A stretch of DNA of 64,000 nt from Lama glama (taxonomy: Eukaryota). Both the position numbers and the translations under genes were made by a program. Positions within the stretch are counted from its first letter, which is position 1, and every line of letters begins with the position of its first letter. Shown piece by piece: positions 1-13,103 of this stretch. Under the pieces are notes generated by a model. That model worked only from the letters and a program-made list of their open reading frames with translations. It was not told the origin of the DNA and did not search any database. Where the stretch lies: positions 89,902,001 through 89,966,000 of the forward strand of contig CM052817.1 of the NCBI GenBank assembly GCA_028534125.1, in the 5' to 3' direction.

Positions 1-1489
1 TAAATAAGTCAGTATTTTCTCCATATTTTAAAAAGTTAAGGTCTCTAAGAAAAAAAATACTTATAAAGTATGATTTTAAAAATTAAGCAGTAATCTTTAA
101 TATTATAGCAACCTAATTATACAACATTAATTTTTAACCCATGCTCAGGTTTTCTGTAAAAATTAATAAAAAGCTAAAAGCTTGTGAGCAGGACAAAACT
201 ATCAAAATAATCAATAGGAATAAATGTCCTTTTCTCCATATTTGGTTATTACTTGGCCTGTCATTTTTATCATTTTTATCCACACCCATTAAATCTTAGA
301 ATTTTTCAAAGAAAAGAAGAAAGCACTTTACTTGAATTTTCATTTTTAATCCCAAATGTTGTTAGCAATGCAATTAACAAAAAAGACAAAGAAATTCAGC
401 TTTGCATATGAGCAGAGATAATTTCTTGAGCCACGATGTTCTACTAGATTTTCAGAAATATACTTTTGTCTAAGGCATGATGAATCTGATGGCAATAAGA
501 ATCCATATCAGAACAATGTTAATACTTTGATTCACATTTTCAATTTAATTAAAATTCTTCCCTGTTTTAGATTGTTTTCCTTTCTATCTGAAGTTGAAGT
601 TGAATCCCTTTGTATCCTCTGCCTGTGGGCTGAAACTGATTTATGTAGTTGCACTGGTAGACAGTTCAAAAACATGCTTTGAATAGTTTATTCCATTTTT
701 GCTGTTTTAATTTAAATACATGCTTCAAAGATCAAGGGCAATCACCACCTGAGGCCAATAGGAAAATTGTACAAGGTTTCTTTCTAGTTCCCTCAGTAAT
801 TGTGGCAGTACTAGACCTACTAACATGCCTAGTCTGAGTACTACATTTAAAGGCATATCTAACTGTTATGGAACAATTATAACTAGGAATGACATCAAAC
901 AAAGCTGAAAAGCACAGCCTGTGAGACATATTCTTCATAGAAATGAGAGCTCAGGCTTCAAAAAGCTTGCTGAAACTCTCAGACTCACACTCAAGTTCAA
1001 TTGAAATGAAAATGCAAACATATTTTAATTTACAAACTGTATTGCCAGTTCTGCTGGTAGCAGAAAAGATTACAAAAATTAATTAAAAAGCAAAGAATCT
1101 GAAGGACATACCAGAGTATTAAATAGCATTCGCTTTATAATTCTATGTGTAAAAAAGGTATTTATTACTTAAACTCAAATCATAATCTTTGGAATCAAAT
1201 ATTTCTCCATGTTCAAAACATAATAATAAGAAATGTACAAAGATTGATAAACTGTTTAATATGGTAAGTCTGAGGTGTTAATTTTGCCTGTCATGGAATA
1301 TAGCAATTTGATATAAAATATATTTCTCAGGGGCCAATAATATTGCAGTTAATTATGGACTCTTTAATACACACACACAAACACACACATACTAAACAAA
1401 CGAACAGTTTTATTAGAGAACTACTCTACAAATTATATAGTGAATTCCCCTACATCAAGTCCTTTGTTTATTAACCCTTGTAGGGTTTC

Positions 1490-1995
1490 CCTGTGCCAAG
1501 AACTCTTTTAAGCACTTTATGAATGCAGGCATACCTTGGGGATATCACAGGTTCAAATTCCAGACAACCACAATAAACTGAATATTGCAATAAAGCAAGT
1601 AACATGATTTTCCAGTTTCCCAGTGCATATAAAATTTATGTTTACACCACACTGTAGTCTATTAAAGTGTGCAATAGCATTATGTCTAAAAAATGTACAT
1701 ACCTTAATTAAAAAATCCTTTATTGCTAAAAATTGCTAACCATTATCTGACAATGCAGGGTTGCTACCAACCTTCAATTTTTAAAAACTGTTATATCTGC
1801 AAGGTGCAATAAAATGAGGTATGCCTATACAAACATATTTAATGTTCATAAAAATCCTCAAGTTATGCACTATTAGTGCCACAGTTTTACGTAGGAGAAA
1901 ACTGAGGCACAGAGGGGTTGAGTAACTTGCTCAAGGTATCAAGTGTCAGAGCCAGATTGTAAAAAGCTAAGATAGACTCAAGCCCAAGCACTCTA
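1490..1995 (-). mobile_element. MIR SINE, interrupted by a Tigger1-derived element
   Basis: MIR core 'gaaaactgaggcacagaggggttgagtaacttgctcaagg' at ~1896-1937; MIR tail-like sequence left of 1526. Confidence 0.75.
1526..1827 (-). mobile_element. Tigger1-derived non-autonomous DNA transposon (MITE)
   Basis: TIRs CAGGCATACCT...AGGTATGCCT(A); TA to the right and TG (decayed TA) to the left; contains both Tigger1 ends with an internal deletion. Confidence 0.85.
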
Positions 1996-2189
1996 CGCAG
2001 TTTCCTTTAGTGAGCATGTAAATTACTGCTGGAAGCAAGCAAGCTTAGGGTCACCATTCTCTACGTATTGTCTACATGTATCTATTTTGGATGATTAGAC
2101 CTTCTTATCAAGGTACCTATCATCTATTTTCCTTCCTTCCTCCCTTTCCCCTCACCATCTTCTTTCCTTCCTCCTTTATTTCTTTCAAT

Positions 2190-3350
2190 GCTGAATGAGC
2201 ACTAGGCATTTTGCCAAGTCTCTGAGGAGACAAAAACAAGCACACAAAATGCTTAAAACAATACAGTGGACAACAAGCATATAGACTGTGTGATCTATAC
2301 ACAGGTGCTCACGTCATATTAAGAGGCAGATGGGATACAAAACCTTACCTGCTCTGATTGTAGGACCTTACTAGATTTCCTGAAAGTGACAACTAAAGGA
2401 GGCCTTGTAAAAGTTGTGATAATTCAGCAGCACGGGGCTGCAAAGCAAAGAGCAAGTGATACAAAGATAAGAGAACATGAACAGTTCTGAGAACTGCAAG
2501 AAGCGGATTATAAAGACAGAACGTTAAGCAGGAATTAAGAGTATTAAGTGACAAGTTGAGAAGGTAAGATTTTATTCTCAAGATTACACAAAACATTGAA
2601 GAATTTCAATTAGGGAAGTCTCTAAATTCTGTGAAGTAGTAAGATCGTCCTAGAAAATTCACCAAATTAAACATGAGGAAATATTTAATCATTCACATGT
2701 GAAATTCTTAATGCCAGCCTGATTGACCAGAGCAGGAGAATGAAGAAGAGAAGCCATATGGGGAAAACACCAAAAAAAAAAATGGTAATAAGCATAATTT
2801 AGGATGTTAAATGTTGATGTCTAACTACGGGGTATTCAGGCAGTGATGTAGAGTGGGTATTTCAAATAGAAAAATATCAATTGCAGAAAATCCTAAACTG
2901 AAGGTAGACCTCTTGGAGTCCCTAGCTTATGGAGGATAGGTGCAGGTACTAGAAATGGTAAAGCTTCTCAGAAAGATTGCATATAATGGAAAGAAAAAAG
3001 GACTAAACATCTAGCAGCAGAATGCACTAAGATTTAAAGATTGAGTTTCATGTGAGAAACTCAGGAAGAAGACTGAGAATGTCTGGGTAGGTAAGAGGAA
3101 AATCAGAACAGATGGAGCCAGGGAAACCAAGAGGATAGAGAATTTTTAAAGCATGGAGAGTTAAATGCTTTCAAATGATACAGCAATAATAAATGAGAAC
3201 AGACAATGTTAAATGAATTTGGCAACAAAAATGTAATAAGCAACAGAAGCAAAAATAGTTTTGGTGACTTATTGGAGTGAAAGATATTGTAGCAATGTGG
3301 GTATCGAATGAGCAAAAAAGAGAAAAAGCAAGTATATGTTTTTTTCAAAA
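2190..3350 (-). mobile_element. Degenerate L2 LINE fragments
   Basis: Purine-rich sequence resembling the antisense L2 3' region; boundaries approximate. Confidence 0.5.
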
Positions 3351-3951
3351 AGGCTTAGCCACACAGTTTCTTGGCTTCATCACTCCAATAAAGTTTCTCC
3401 TCCATTCACACTCTTTCTTTCCCAAAGTATCACAGCCACAACTGAAATTTACCATTAAGGGAAATTTCTTCACACCCCCCAGCCACAGTGTACTACCCCA
3501 CAACCTCTCTCACACAATTTGTCCAGCCTTCCACTCCTGCTGTCACTGCTTCTCAACTCTATAATGACCTTTCTCTATAAATTCATAATCTGTCTATGTA
3601 ACTCAGCATGATCAACCTATTAAATGATACTGCCTTAAGTACCATAGGATCCTTTTTTTTCTGTGCATTAGTCAGGCTTGTGGGCCCACAAGTGACCAAA
3701 ACCGAATTCCAAGTAGATTTAGAATGAAAAGAAATTTATCGGCTCGTGTAACTGAAAAGCCTATGGGATACCAGCTTTAGGCACAGCTGGACTCAGGTGA
3801 TCAAACCATGCATTCATGAACACATCTCTCCATTTCTTGTCTCTGCTTTATTCCACCTTGGAGTAATTCTCAGGCAGATATTCTTAATATGTTGATGAGA
3901 AGGATGATTTCCAGAAGCTCCAGACCTACGTACTTGTCATGGCTTGTACGA

Positions 3952-5082
3952 TGCTGTGATTTTAAAAAGAAATATATATTTGGTCTCCACTATTCCTGGC
4001 ACAGAGCTCCTAAAACCTGTGAAAATAAATAAAGGAAACATCATTTAAAACAGAGTCAGGAAACCCTGAAGGAGGATATCTCACTCGCGTATCACTCACC
4101 ATAGCTTGCAAACCCCAGCAGGAAGAAAGATTTTCTGATCCAGCAACAAGCTGCCCACTGTCTGCAATCAACAGAGAACCACCACAGCCCTCCCTAATTT
4201 CCTTCTTTCCTCTAGAAAAGCAAACCCTTCTCCTCTGTTCTCTGAACTTAACTGTGGTTCCCCATAGTTCACTTGTCCTGAATTGCAGTTCTCTGCTATT
4301 CTCAAATAAATTCAGTTTGAATTTGCTGGTAAAATAACTGGCTCTTTTGTTTTTTAGAGGTCAACCTTGGAGTTTCTTAAGTGAGGAGAGAGCAAAGAAG
4401 ATATCTTTTGTTAAGTTAATGAGGAGACTGTTGGAAAGCCATGGTTACCAGGAGAACCAGCCCTATGATTAGACAGTCAGAACTTTCAGTCCCACCCTCT
4501 GACCTCTGAGGAGGACAGAGGGGCTGGAGGTTGAATTCAATCATCAGCGGCCAATCATTTCATCAATCATGCCTATGTAAGGGAGCCTCCACTAAAAACC
4601 CAAAAGGACAGGGTTTTGAGAACCTCTGAGTTGGCAAACACATGGAGATTCAGGGAAAATAATGTGCTCAGACAGGGCATGGAAGCCCCAAGCCCTTTCC
4701 TCATACCTCGCCTTATGTATCTCTTCCATCTGGCTATTCCTGAGTCATATCCTTTCATTATAAACTGATAGTCTAGTAAGTAAAATGTTTCTCTGAGTTC
4801 TGTGAGCCACTCTAGCAAATTAATTGAACCCAAGGAGGAGGTCTTTGGGACCTCCAGTCTATAGCCAGTCAATCAGAAGCACACTCCTGTGTTTACAATT
4901 GGTGTCTGAAGTTAGGTGGTGGTAGAGTCTTGTAGGAGTGAAACCTTAACCTGTGGGGTCTGGTGCTGTCTGCCAGTATAGTGTCAGAATTGAATGAAGT
5001 TGTAGAGATCCAGCTGGTGTTGCAGAGAATTGCTTGCTAGTGTGGGGAAAAACCTCTAAACACATTGGAATTGTGATCAGAA
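3952..5082 (-). mobile_element. MER21-like LTR
   Basis: 'ttcctggcacagagctcctaaaacc' and 'ggagggg(ctg)gaggttgaattcaatca...tgtgagccactctagcaaattaattgaacccaaggagg' match MER21 as I recall it; strand not certain. Confidence 0.7.
4018..4363 (+). mobile_element. ERV1-type solo LTR nested in MER21
   Basis: Starts TG, has AATAAA near 4305, ends ...GGTCA; flanked by a short (A)ACC duplication; MER21 sequence resumes right after. Confidence 0.6.
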
Positions 5083-6494
5083 TTGTAGCTTGCAATTCAG
5101 GAACGTGAAGAGCTTTTTATTAAGATTTTGATGGGCCCACTAGCCTATTCTTGAAGTTAGGGAAAAGGAAAGAGAAGCTTTGTTAAAAAAAAAAAAAAAA
5201 AGGAGGGATGCCACCTGGAAAATAAAACTAAATGAGGCTAATGTCCACAGCAAAACACCAACCATACTTCCCTACTTGCCTTTTCAATCCATAAAACTGA
5301 TTTCTTTGTTTCTCTAATGTAGGATATTGAAAAACTCATGGGTTTGAATCATTTACCCGGCAAGAATTAACTTGACAACCTATGTTCTTTCAGGTGTCTG
5401 TCATACAATATGCTAGCCTCCTATAAATCTCCATGGAAACACACTAGGACCTAGCGCTTAAAGCAGTCATTCCCAGTCCCCCAAACTCATGATCATGTCC
5501 AGGGAAAGGCTGGCCTTTGCCGACATGAACACTGGTATGAGGCATTCTGCCACTACCTTGCTATGTCATGAAGCTGCAACGATAAGGCTTGGAATACTCT
5601 TCTTAATGGCACCAAGGAATGAGCTGGTTCTCTCACACGTAATTCATAACTACAAATGTTGAATGGGCAGGAGAGGGCTGGAGCAAAGGTTCTGTTAAGC
5701 TGCAGTATCTGAGTGGTGATCAAGCCATTGGAGGAGCCAGTGTTTCTTTAATCATACAATTTACAAACCCCAGAACCCAGGGTCGTGTTTCCTCTCCCAG
5801 AGTCTGAAGCCTGAATATTCTGGACTTTTATGCACAGATCTGTAATGGACAATAGATAGTGAAGGACCTGCACCCCAGTTTTTAAACTCTGTGCTGAGTC
5901 TTCCTTGAGAAACTTTCCTCCTGCACCCTGCTGTGAGTGTTGTCTTGTATTTGATTTTGTCCTGTGGCAGAATATCTATTTCATATCAAAGTCATTCTTT
6001 TTCTTTGGGAAAATTTACTTACCCAAATGTATCCTTGATTACAGAGCAAAAGATCATTTTATAAGAGCTTAATCATTCATTTCCTTTTGTATTGTAAAAT
6101 TTCCTGTATTTACCCACTTTCAACTAATTTTCCAAGATCTTACATGAAGAAATCTACTTTTTCCTTTTCATGCTTAAATCTCACACCTATGCCCCTTGTC
6201 ACATACTTGCTACAACAGAAAACTTTCTTACATGTTTTCTTTTTTGGTTTATGTTTACAACATATATTATTACTTATTATTAATGTTATTATTTTTATAA
6301 CACACAAAAAGTCACAAAATTTAAGCAATCCTATGAAATAGCCAGAATAAAAATCCAAATAACGAAAACCAAGGTTAAAAAAATGCAACAATACATAAAT
6401 CAAAAAACCCCCCTAATTCCTCTCCTCAATCATCGGACTGTCTCACCACTCCACTGGAAAACTCCTTTCCCTTCTTAGTAATCATTTCGTTTCT

Positions 6495-7985
6495 ACTGGT
6501 TTTCTAGTCTCTATATCATTTATTTCTGCTCTGATCTTTATAATTTTCTTCCTTCTATTACCTTTGGGCTCTTTTTGTCCTTCCTTTCTAGTTTCTTTAG
6601 TTGTAAAATTAGATTTGAGATTTTTCTTGTTTTCTGAGGTAGGGTTGTATTGCTATAAACTTCTCTTAGGACTATTTTTGTTGCATCTCAGATTTTGGAA
6701 TGGTATGTTTCTGTTTTGTTTGTCTCAGGTATTTTTAATTTATTTTTTGACTTCTTCAGTGACCCCCTTGGTTGTTAAGTAGCATGTTGGTTAGCCTCCA
6801 TTTGTTTGTTTGTCTTCCAGTTTTCTTCTTGTAATCAATTTCTAGTTTCATACTGTTACTATTGGAGAAGATGATTGATATGATTTCAATCTTTTTTATA
6901 TTTATTGAAACTTATTTTGTGACATAATATGTAATCCTGGAGAATATTCCATACACACTTGAAAAGATATGTATTTGCTATTTTTAGGTGGGATGTTCTG
7001 CTTATATCTATTAAGTCCTCTGATGTAGAGTGTCATTTAGGATTAAACCAAGATCTTACAGATTTTCTATCTGGATGCTCTGTCTATTACTGTAAGTGAG
7101 ATGTTAAAGTCCCCTACTGTTACTATATTCTGTGTCAATTTATCTCTTTATGTTCATTAATATTTGCTTTATGCATTTAGGTGATCCTATGTGGGTGTGT
7201 AAATATTTACAATATTTATAGTTATATACATAGATGTTTATACTTACATACTCTTTTTGGATTGATCCCTTTTTCTTATGTGATGGATGCATTTTTTGTT
7301 ATTATCTTTGTTTTAAAGTCTGTCTTGTCTGATATAAGTATTTCTACCCCAGCTTTCTTTTTATTTCCATTTGCACAGTGTATCTTTTTCCTTCCTTTTG
7401 CTTTCCATCTGTGTGTCTTTAGTTCTAAAGTGAATCTCTTGTAGGCATGGGTCTTGAAACAAGACCCATCTAAATGATGCCCACAGAAGTCTTACTATCC
7501 TATCATGTTTAATTCAAGCTTTTAGTCCATTTATATTAAAGTAATTATTGACAGATTTGTACTTATTGCCTTTTGTAAATTGTTTTCTGGTTGTTTTGTA
7601 GTTCTCTGTTCTTTTCTTCTCTTGTTCTCTTCTACTGTGATTTGATAAATTTCATTAGTGTTATCTTTGTATTTCTTCCTCTTTATATTTGTGTATCTGT
7701 TATAGATTTTTGGTTTGTGGTTATCATGAGGTTAATGTAGAACAACCTATGTATATAGGAGTCTAGATAGTCACTTAAGTTTGAGTACATTTTTAAAAGC
7801 ACTACATTTTTTATATAGGGCTCCCCATTTTTTACTCTTTTTGATGTCATACTTACATCTTTTTAATTTTTTTCTATTGCTTAGTAAATTGTAGATACAA
7901 ATGATTTTTACTACTGTTATCTTTTAACCTTCATATCTGATTGACCCACTACCTTTACTATGTATTTGCCTTTACTAGTAAAACA
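6495..7985 (-). mobile_element. Old L1 fragment (ORF2 endonuclease region and upstream)
   Basis: Antisense L1 ORF2 EN-region sequence, e.g. 'atttctgctctgatctttataattttcttccttctatta' and 'aagtcccctactgtta'. Confidence 0.8.
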
Positions 7986-8039
7986 TTTTCTGTGGACAAG
8001 ATCTTCCTACTCTGCCGTCTTGATCTGGATCTCTCAACA

Positions 8040-10400
8040 TCATCTTTTTCAGATTCATCCATGTGGTTGCAAGTAGCTGTAATTAATTTCCTTTCATTTC
8101 ATTTTTGCATAGTAACCCATGGGTAATGCAAAAGACCAATGCTACATTCTCATACTTACCACTTAGTGCATATGTATATGAATTTCTGTGGGGCATAATC
8201 GTACGAATGAAATTGCCAGGCCCATCTTCAACTCTAGTAGATGATATGAAATAGTTTTCCAAAACAGTTGTAACAGTTTTCATTCCCACTTTCAGGTTAT
8301 TAGAGTTTCTGTTCCACATGTCTTACCACTGGCATTGTCAGTCTTTTTAAAATTTATCCATTCTGGTGGTAGTGGTAGTACATTGTAATTTCAAATTGCA
8401 TTACCTTGATTTTCATTCAAGTTGAAAACTCTATATTATATTTATTAGGCATTTATAGATCCTCCTAAGGGGTTGCCTGTTTTTCTCTTATTGGTTTCAG
8501 CAGTTTCTTGTGTATTCTGGATTGACCATTTTGTTAGTTGCAAATATTTTCACCCCACCTGAAGCTCCCTTTGCACTCTCTTAATGGTCATTACCGTGTT
8601 TTGCTAACCAACTTTGATTAAGATGGATCATTTACATTAAAAGTAGCTTATACCCAAAGGAAATGTAAAATATTTTAAGCACCAGTTAACTAATATATAC
8701 CATAGAAACTAGTCACTCTCCAGGAGACACAATATTTAAATATAAATATATTTGAGTTAAACATAGACACATAAACACACACACAAATCATCAGAGTTTA
8801 TTGATTAAACAATTGTGTTACCAATTTCAAGTTCAAGAAATAAAAATTAGCAATCCAGAAGCCTCTCTCTTGTTCTTTCCTAATTATAAGCCTTTCTTCC
8901 TCTTTAATTTCTACCCTGACTTCTAAAACTAAAGTATAGCTTTGTGAGGTTTTGAACTTTAATTACATAGAATCATTCAAATGTGCTATTTTTTCTCACC
9001 CAATTTTATATTTGTCAGATTTATCCATGTTAATACATATAACAATAGTGCCTCATTTTTGTTGCTGTATAATGTTTCACTGTGTATTAATATGGGCCAT
9101 GCTTTATTTACTCTTTCTCTTCTTGCTATGCATTTAAGTTATTTTTAGTTTGAGGTGTTAAAAAATTCAACTGAGTAAATTTGAAGACTTAATTGGCTTT
9201 TTTCAGCTATTTATAAATCGAGAAGCATCCCATCTAGGAAACAGAAAAATGCTTTTTAGAATATTTTGGGTAGAACAAGGAAGTCATAAACAAAAGAAAG
9301 GTATTCTTTCAGTCAAGGTCCCCTTTCATTGTGGGAAGGCAGGGCTCTATCAGGCAGATTACCTCACTAGTGCTGGCCAGGAGATTTTGGACAAATTGGT
9401 TAAGATTACATTCCTAGGAGAGCCTGAAACTGCAATCAGGTTAGGTATTAAATCTTGGTTTGCTGACCCGGGGTTTAGCACAAGTGACCCCATTTTGGCC
9501 CTGTTGCCTCTTTTTCAACAGGGGCTATGCTGAGTAATGCTGCTATGAACATTCATTATTCATGAGCATCTCACAAACACAGGGAATTCTGTTGGATATA
9601 CACTTAGGTGTGGAATTTTAGATTCCTAGGGTATTCATATTCCAACTTTTGCTGAAAATGCTGTTCAGATTCTGAAAATGATTGCATCAATGTATATTTC
9701 CTTCAGCACTGTGCAAAGGTTTCATGTGTTCCACATCCTCATCAACACTTGGTATAATCAGTCTTTCATTTTAGCTATTCTTATTGGTATATAGTGACAT
9801 CTATTTGTGACATTAATTTTCATTTACCAGATGAGGCTAAACATACTTCTGTAAACTTATTAACCATTTGGATATTCAATTTTCTTAAAATAAATGTTAA
9901 GTTCATTTGTCGAATTTTCTACTTTTTTATGGATTTGTAGGGATTATCTACATACATTTTGAATATAAGACATTTTAATTTATTGAAAATTTAAAATTTT
10001 TATTTGGATATAAGCTAGAGAAATCTTTTTCCGCTGTCTTAATTTTCTTTATTTTTTCTCTGCTAATAATGCCTTCTGATGAAAGAAAAAAAAGCCTTAA
10101 ATTTGATATGATTCAATTCATTAATTATTTCCTTTTATGTTTAGTACTTTATATATTTTGTACATAGAAATCTTTCTCAACCATAATTGCATGATGGTGT
10201 ACTCCTGTCTTATCTTCCAGGAGCATTTTGCCTTGCCTTTTTGTATTTAGATCTACAAAATGCCTGAAATTGAATTTTGTGTATGGTGGGAGGTAGGGGT
10301 CAAATTTCTTTTTTTTCCAAATATATACTGAACTGACTCAGTACCATTTAATAAAAATAGCATCTTTCCTTACTGCTTTTACATTGCCATTTTTGTTATA
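8040..10400 (-). mobile_element. Old L1M (ME/MC-like) 3' fragments
   Basis: Degenerate antisense L1 3' sequence, e.g. 'tgctgctatgaacattc' and 'ttccacatcctcatcaacacttggt'. Confidence 0.7.
9156..9520 (-). mobile_element. ERV1-type solo LTR inside old L1
   Basis: TGTTAAAAAA...TTTTTCAACA termini; GAGG/GGGG 4-bp flanks consistent with a decayed TSD; strand tentative. Confidence 0.7.
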
Positions 10401-10522
10401 AATCAATCATCTAATTGACTTCTGACTTCCACTTTTCATGTTAAAAAATCAAGGAATAACCGAATTATTGCTGCGTAACAAATAATGTATTTTTCATCCC
10501 ACATGCTTTAGAAGTTTATCTC

Positions 10523-11571
10523 ACCAACAGTGTAGGTGGGTTCCCTTTTCTCCACAGCCTCGCCATCATTTATTGTTTGTGAACTTTTGAATGATGGCCA
10601 TTCTGACTGGTGTGAGGTGATACCTCATTACAGTTTTGATTTGCATTTCTCTGATAATTAGTGATATTGAGCTTTTTTTCCTGTGCCTATTGGCCATTTG
10701 TATGTCTTCATTGGAGAATTGGTTGTTTAGGTCTTCTGCCCATTTTTGGTTTGGGTTGGTTGGTTGGTTGTTTTTCTTAGTATGTTGTATAACCTGTTTA
10801 TATATTCTGGAGATTAAGCCCTTGTCAGTCTCATCTTTTGGAAATATTTTTTCCCATTCTGTAGGCTGTCTTTTTTGTTTTGCTTATAGTTATGGAAAAC
10901 AGTATGGAGACTCCTCAAAAGATTGAAAATAGACTTATCATATGATCCAGCGATCGTATTCCTGGGCATGTATCCAGACGGAACCTTAATTCAAAAAGAT
11001 ACATACATCCCAATGTTCATAATAGCACTATTTGCAATAGCCAAGACATGGAAACAACCTAAATGTCCATTGACAGATGACTGGATAAAGAAGCTGTGGT
11101 ACATTTATACAATGGAATACTACTCAGCTATAAAAAGAATACAAAAATGCCATTTGCAGCAATATGGTTGGACCTGGAGAATGTCATTCTAAGCCAAGTA
11201 AGCCAGAAAGATATGATATCACTTATATGTGGAATCTAAGAAAAAGATAAACAAACTTATTTACAAAACAGAAACAGACTCACAGACATAGAGAACAAAT
11301 TTATGGTTACCAGGGGGACAAGGGGGTGGGAAGGAATAAATTGGGATTTTGAGATTTGCAGATAACCAACTACTATATACAAAATAAACAAGTTTATACT
11401 GTATAGCACAGGAAACTATATTCAATATCTTGTAGTAACTTATGGTGAAAATGAATATGAAAATGAATATATTTATGTTCCTGTATGACTGAAATATTGT
11501 GCTGTACACCAGAAATTGACACAACAGTGTAAACTGACTATACTTTAATAAGAATACATAAAAAAGGAAGA
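10523..11571 (+). mobile_element. 5'-inverted, truncated younger L1 (twin priming)
   Basis: 10523-10890 is antisense ORF2 C-terminal DNA; 10891-11571 is sense ORF2 end (…YDPAI…QPKCP…WIKKLWYIYTMEYYSAIK), 3'UTR and A-rich tail; candidate TSD agaagtttatctc / aaaagtatgtctc. Confidence 0.88.
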
Positions 11572-11983
11572 AAAAGTATGTCTCTTTGTCCTTAATTTTC
11601 ACTAGTGTTACTATAATGTCTATGTATAGATTTTTTTTATTTGTCCTCATATGATTTTGTGTCTTTCTTTACAATTGGGAAATTCTGAACCATTGTATTT
11701 TCAGTTATTGTTTCTTCATTCTACTCTTCCTCTATGTGAGGTTACATACATAGTAGATCATGTCACTGATTCTCCTAAGTTTCTTACTTGCTATTCTGTT
11801 TTATTCATTATTTTTTTCCATGCTTTTTTCTGAATATCTTGTTGTGATGTAACTTTCAATTCACTAATTCTTACTTCATCTGTTTCTCATTTACTGTTAA
11901 ATGCTCATTTCATTTCAATATATTATTTTAGTTTTATTTCAAACATTTTAATCAATCTTCCATGTCATTTTTTGTGTTTTCCA

Positions 11984-13103
11984 TTTTTTTAACATTTTTT
12001 ATTGATTTATAATCATTTTACAATGTTGTGTCAAATTCCAGTGTTCAGCACAATTTTTCAGTCATTCATGGACATATACACACTCATTGTCACATTTTTT
12101 TCTCTGTGATTTATCATAACATTTTGTGTATATTTCCCTGTGCTATACAGTGTAATCTTGTTTGTCTATTCTACAATTTTGANNNNNNNNNNNNNNNNNN
12201 NNNNNNNNNNNNNNNNNNNNNNNNNNNNNNNNNNNNNNNNNNNNNNNNNNNNNNNNNNNNNNNNNNNNNNNNNNNNNNNNNNNNNNNNNNNNNNNNNNNN
12301 NNNNNNNNNNNNNNNNNNNNNNNNNNNNNNNNNNNNNNNNNNNNNNNNNNNNNNNNNNNNNNNNNNNNNNNNNNNNNNNNNNNNNNNNNNNNNNNNNNNN
12401 NNNNNNNNNNNNNNNNNNNNNNNNNNNNNNNNNNNNNNNNNNNNNNNNNNNNNNNNNNNNNNNNNNNNNNNNNNNNNNNNNNNNNNNNNNNNNNNNNNNN
12501 NNNNNNNNNNNNNNNNNNNNNNNNNNNNNNNNNNNNNNNNNNNNNNNNNNNNNNNNNNNNNNNNNNNNNNNNNNNNNNNNNNNNNNNNNNNNNNNNNNNN
12601 NNNNNNNNNNNNNNNNNNNNNNNNNNNNNNNNNNNNNNNNNNNNNNNNNNNNNNNNNNNNNNNNNNNNNNNNNNNNNNNNNNTTTTTTTAACATTTTTTA
12701 TTGATTTATAATCATTTTACAATGTTGTGTCAAATTCCAGTGTTCAGCACAATTTTTCAGTCATTCATGGACATATACACACTCATTGTCACATTTTTTT
12801 CTCTGTGATTTATCATAACATTTTGTGTATATTTCCCTGTGCTATACAGTGTAATCTTGTTTGTCTATTCTACAATTTTGAAATCCCAGTCTATCCCTCC
12901 CCACCCTCTACCCCCCTGGTAACCACAAGTCTGTATTCTCTGTCCATGAGTCTTTAGATTCCACATATGAGTGATCTCATATGGTATTTTTCTTTCTCTT
13001 TCTGGCTTACTTCACTTAGAATGACATTCTCTAGGAGCATCCATGTTGCTGCAAATGGCGTTATGTTGTCAGTTTTTATGGCTGAGTAGTATTCCATTGT
13101 ATA
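11984..13103 (-). mobile_element. Young L1 3' end, with a 199-bp segment duplicated across the gap
   Basis: Poly-T, then L1 3'UTR and ORF2 end ('catccatgttgctgcaaatggc...gctgagtagtattccattgt'). Confidence 0.85.
12183..12682. other. Assembly gap (500 N)
   Basis: Run of N. Confidence 1.

Larger units (their letters stand above)
3662..5250 (-). mobile_element. Old MaLR (MLT1-like) LTR split by a MER21-like LTR
   Basis: 'tgcattagtcagg...aatttatcggctcgtgtaactgaaaag...ctttaggcacagctggactcagg' is typical of MLT1K/L; remainder resumes after ~5085. Confidence 0.55.

Noticed and set aside
5380..5430. Plus-strand acceptor-like site and TATAAA at ~5422
   Set aside because: No matching Inr, donor or ORF; common by chance in AT-rich DNA
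10636..11650. ORFs such as [12 protein letters not shown]... and MKIDLSYDPAI...
   Set aside because: Sense or antisense readings of L1 ORF2 and 3'UTR, not host genes
12028..12711. Long ORFs (183-234 aa) here and at 53564-54268 and 55003-55671
   Set aside because: They are long only because they run through N-gaps; the real codons are L1 or MER58 sequence
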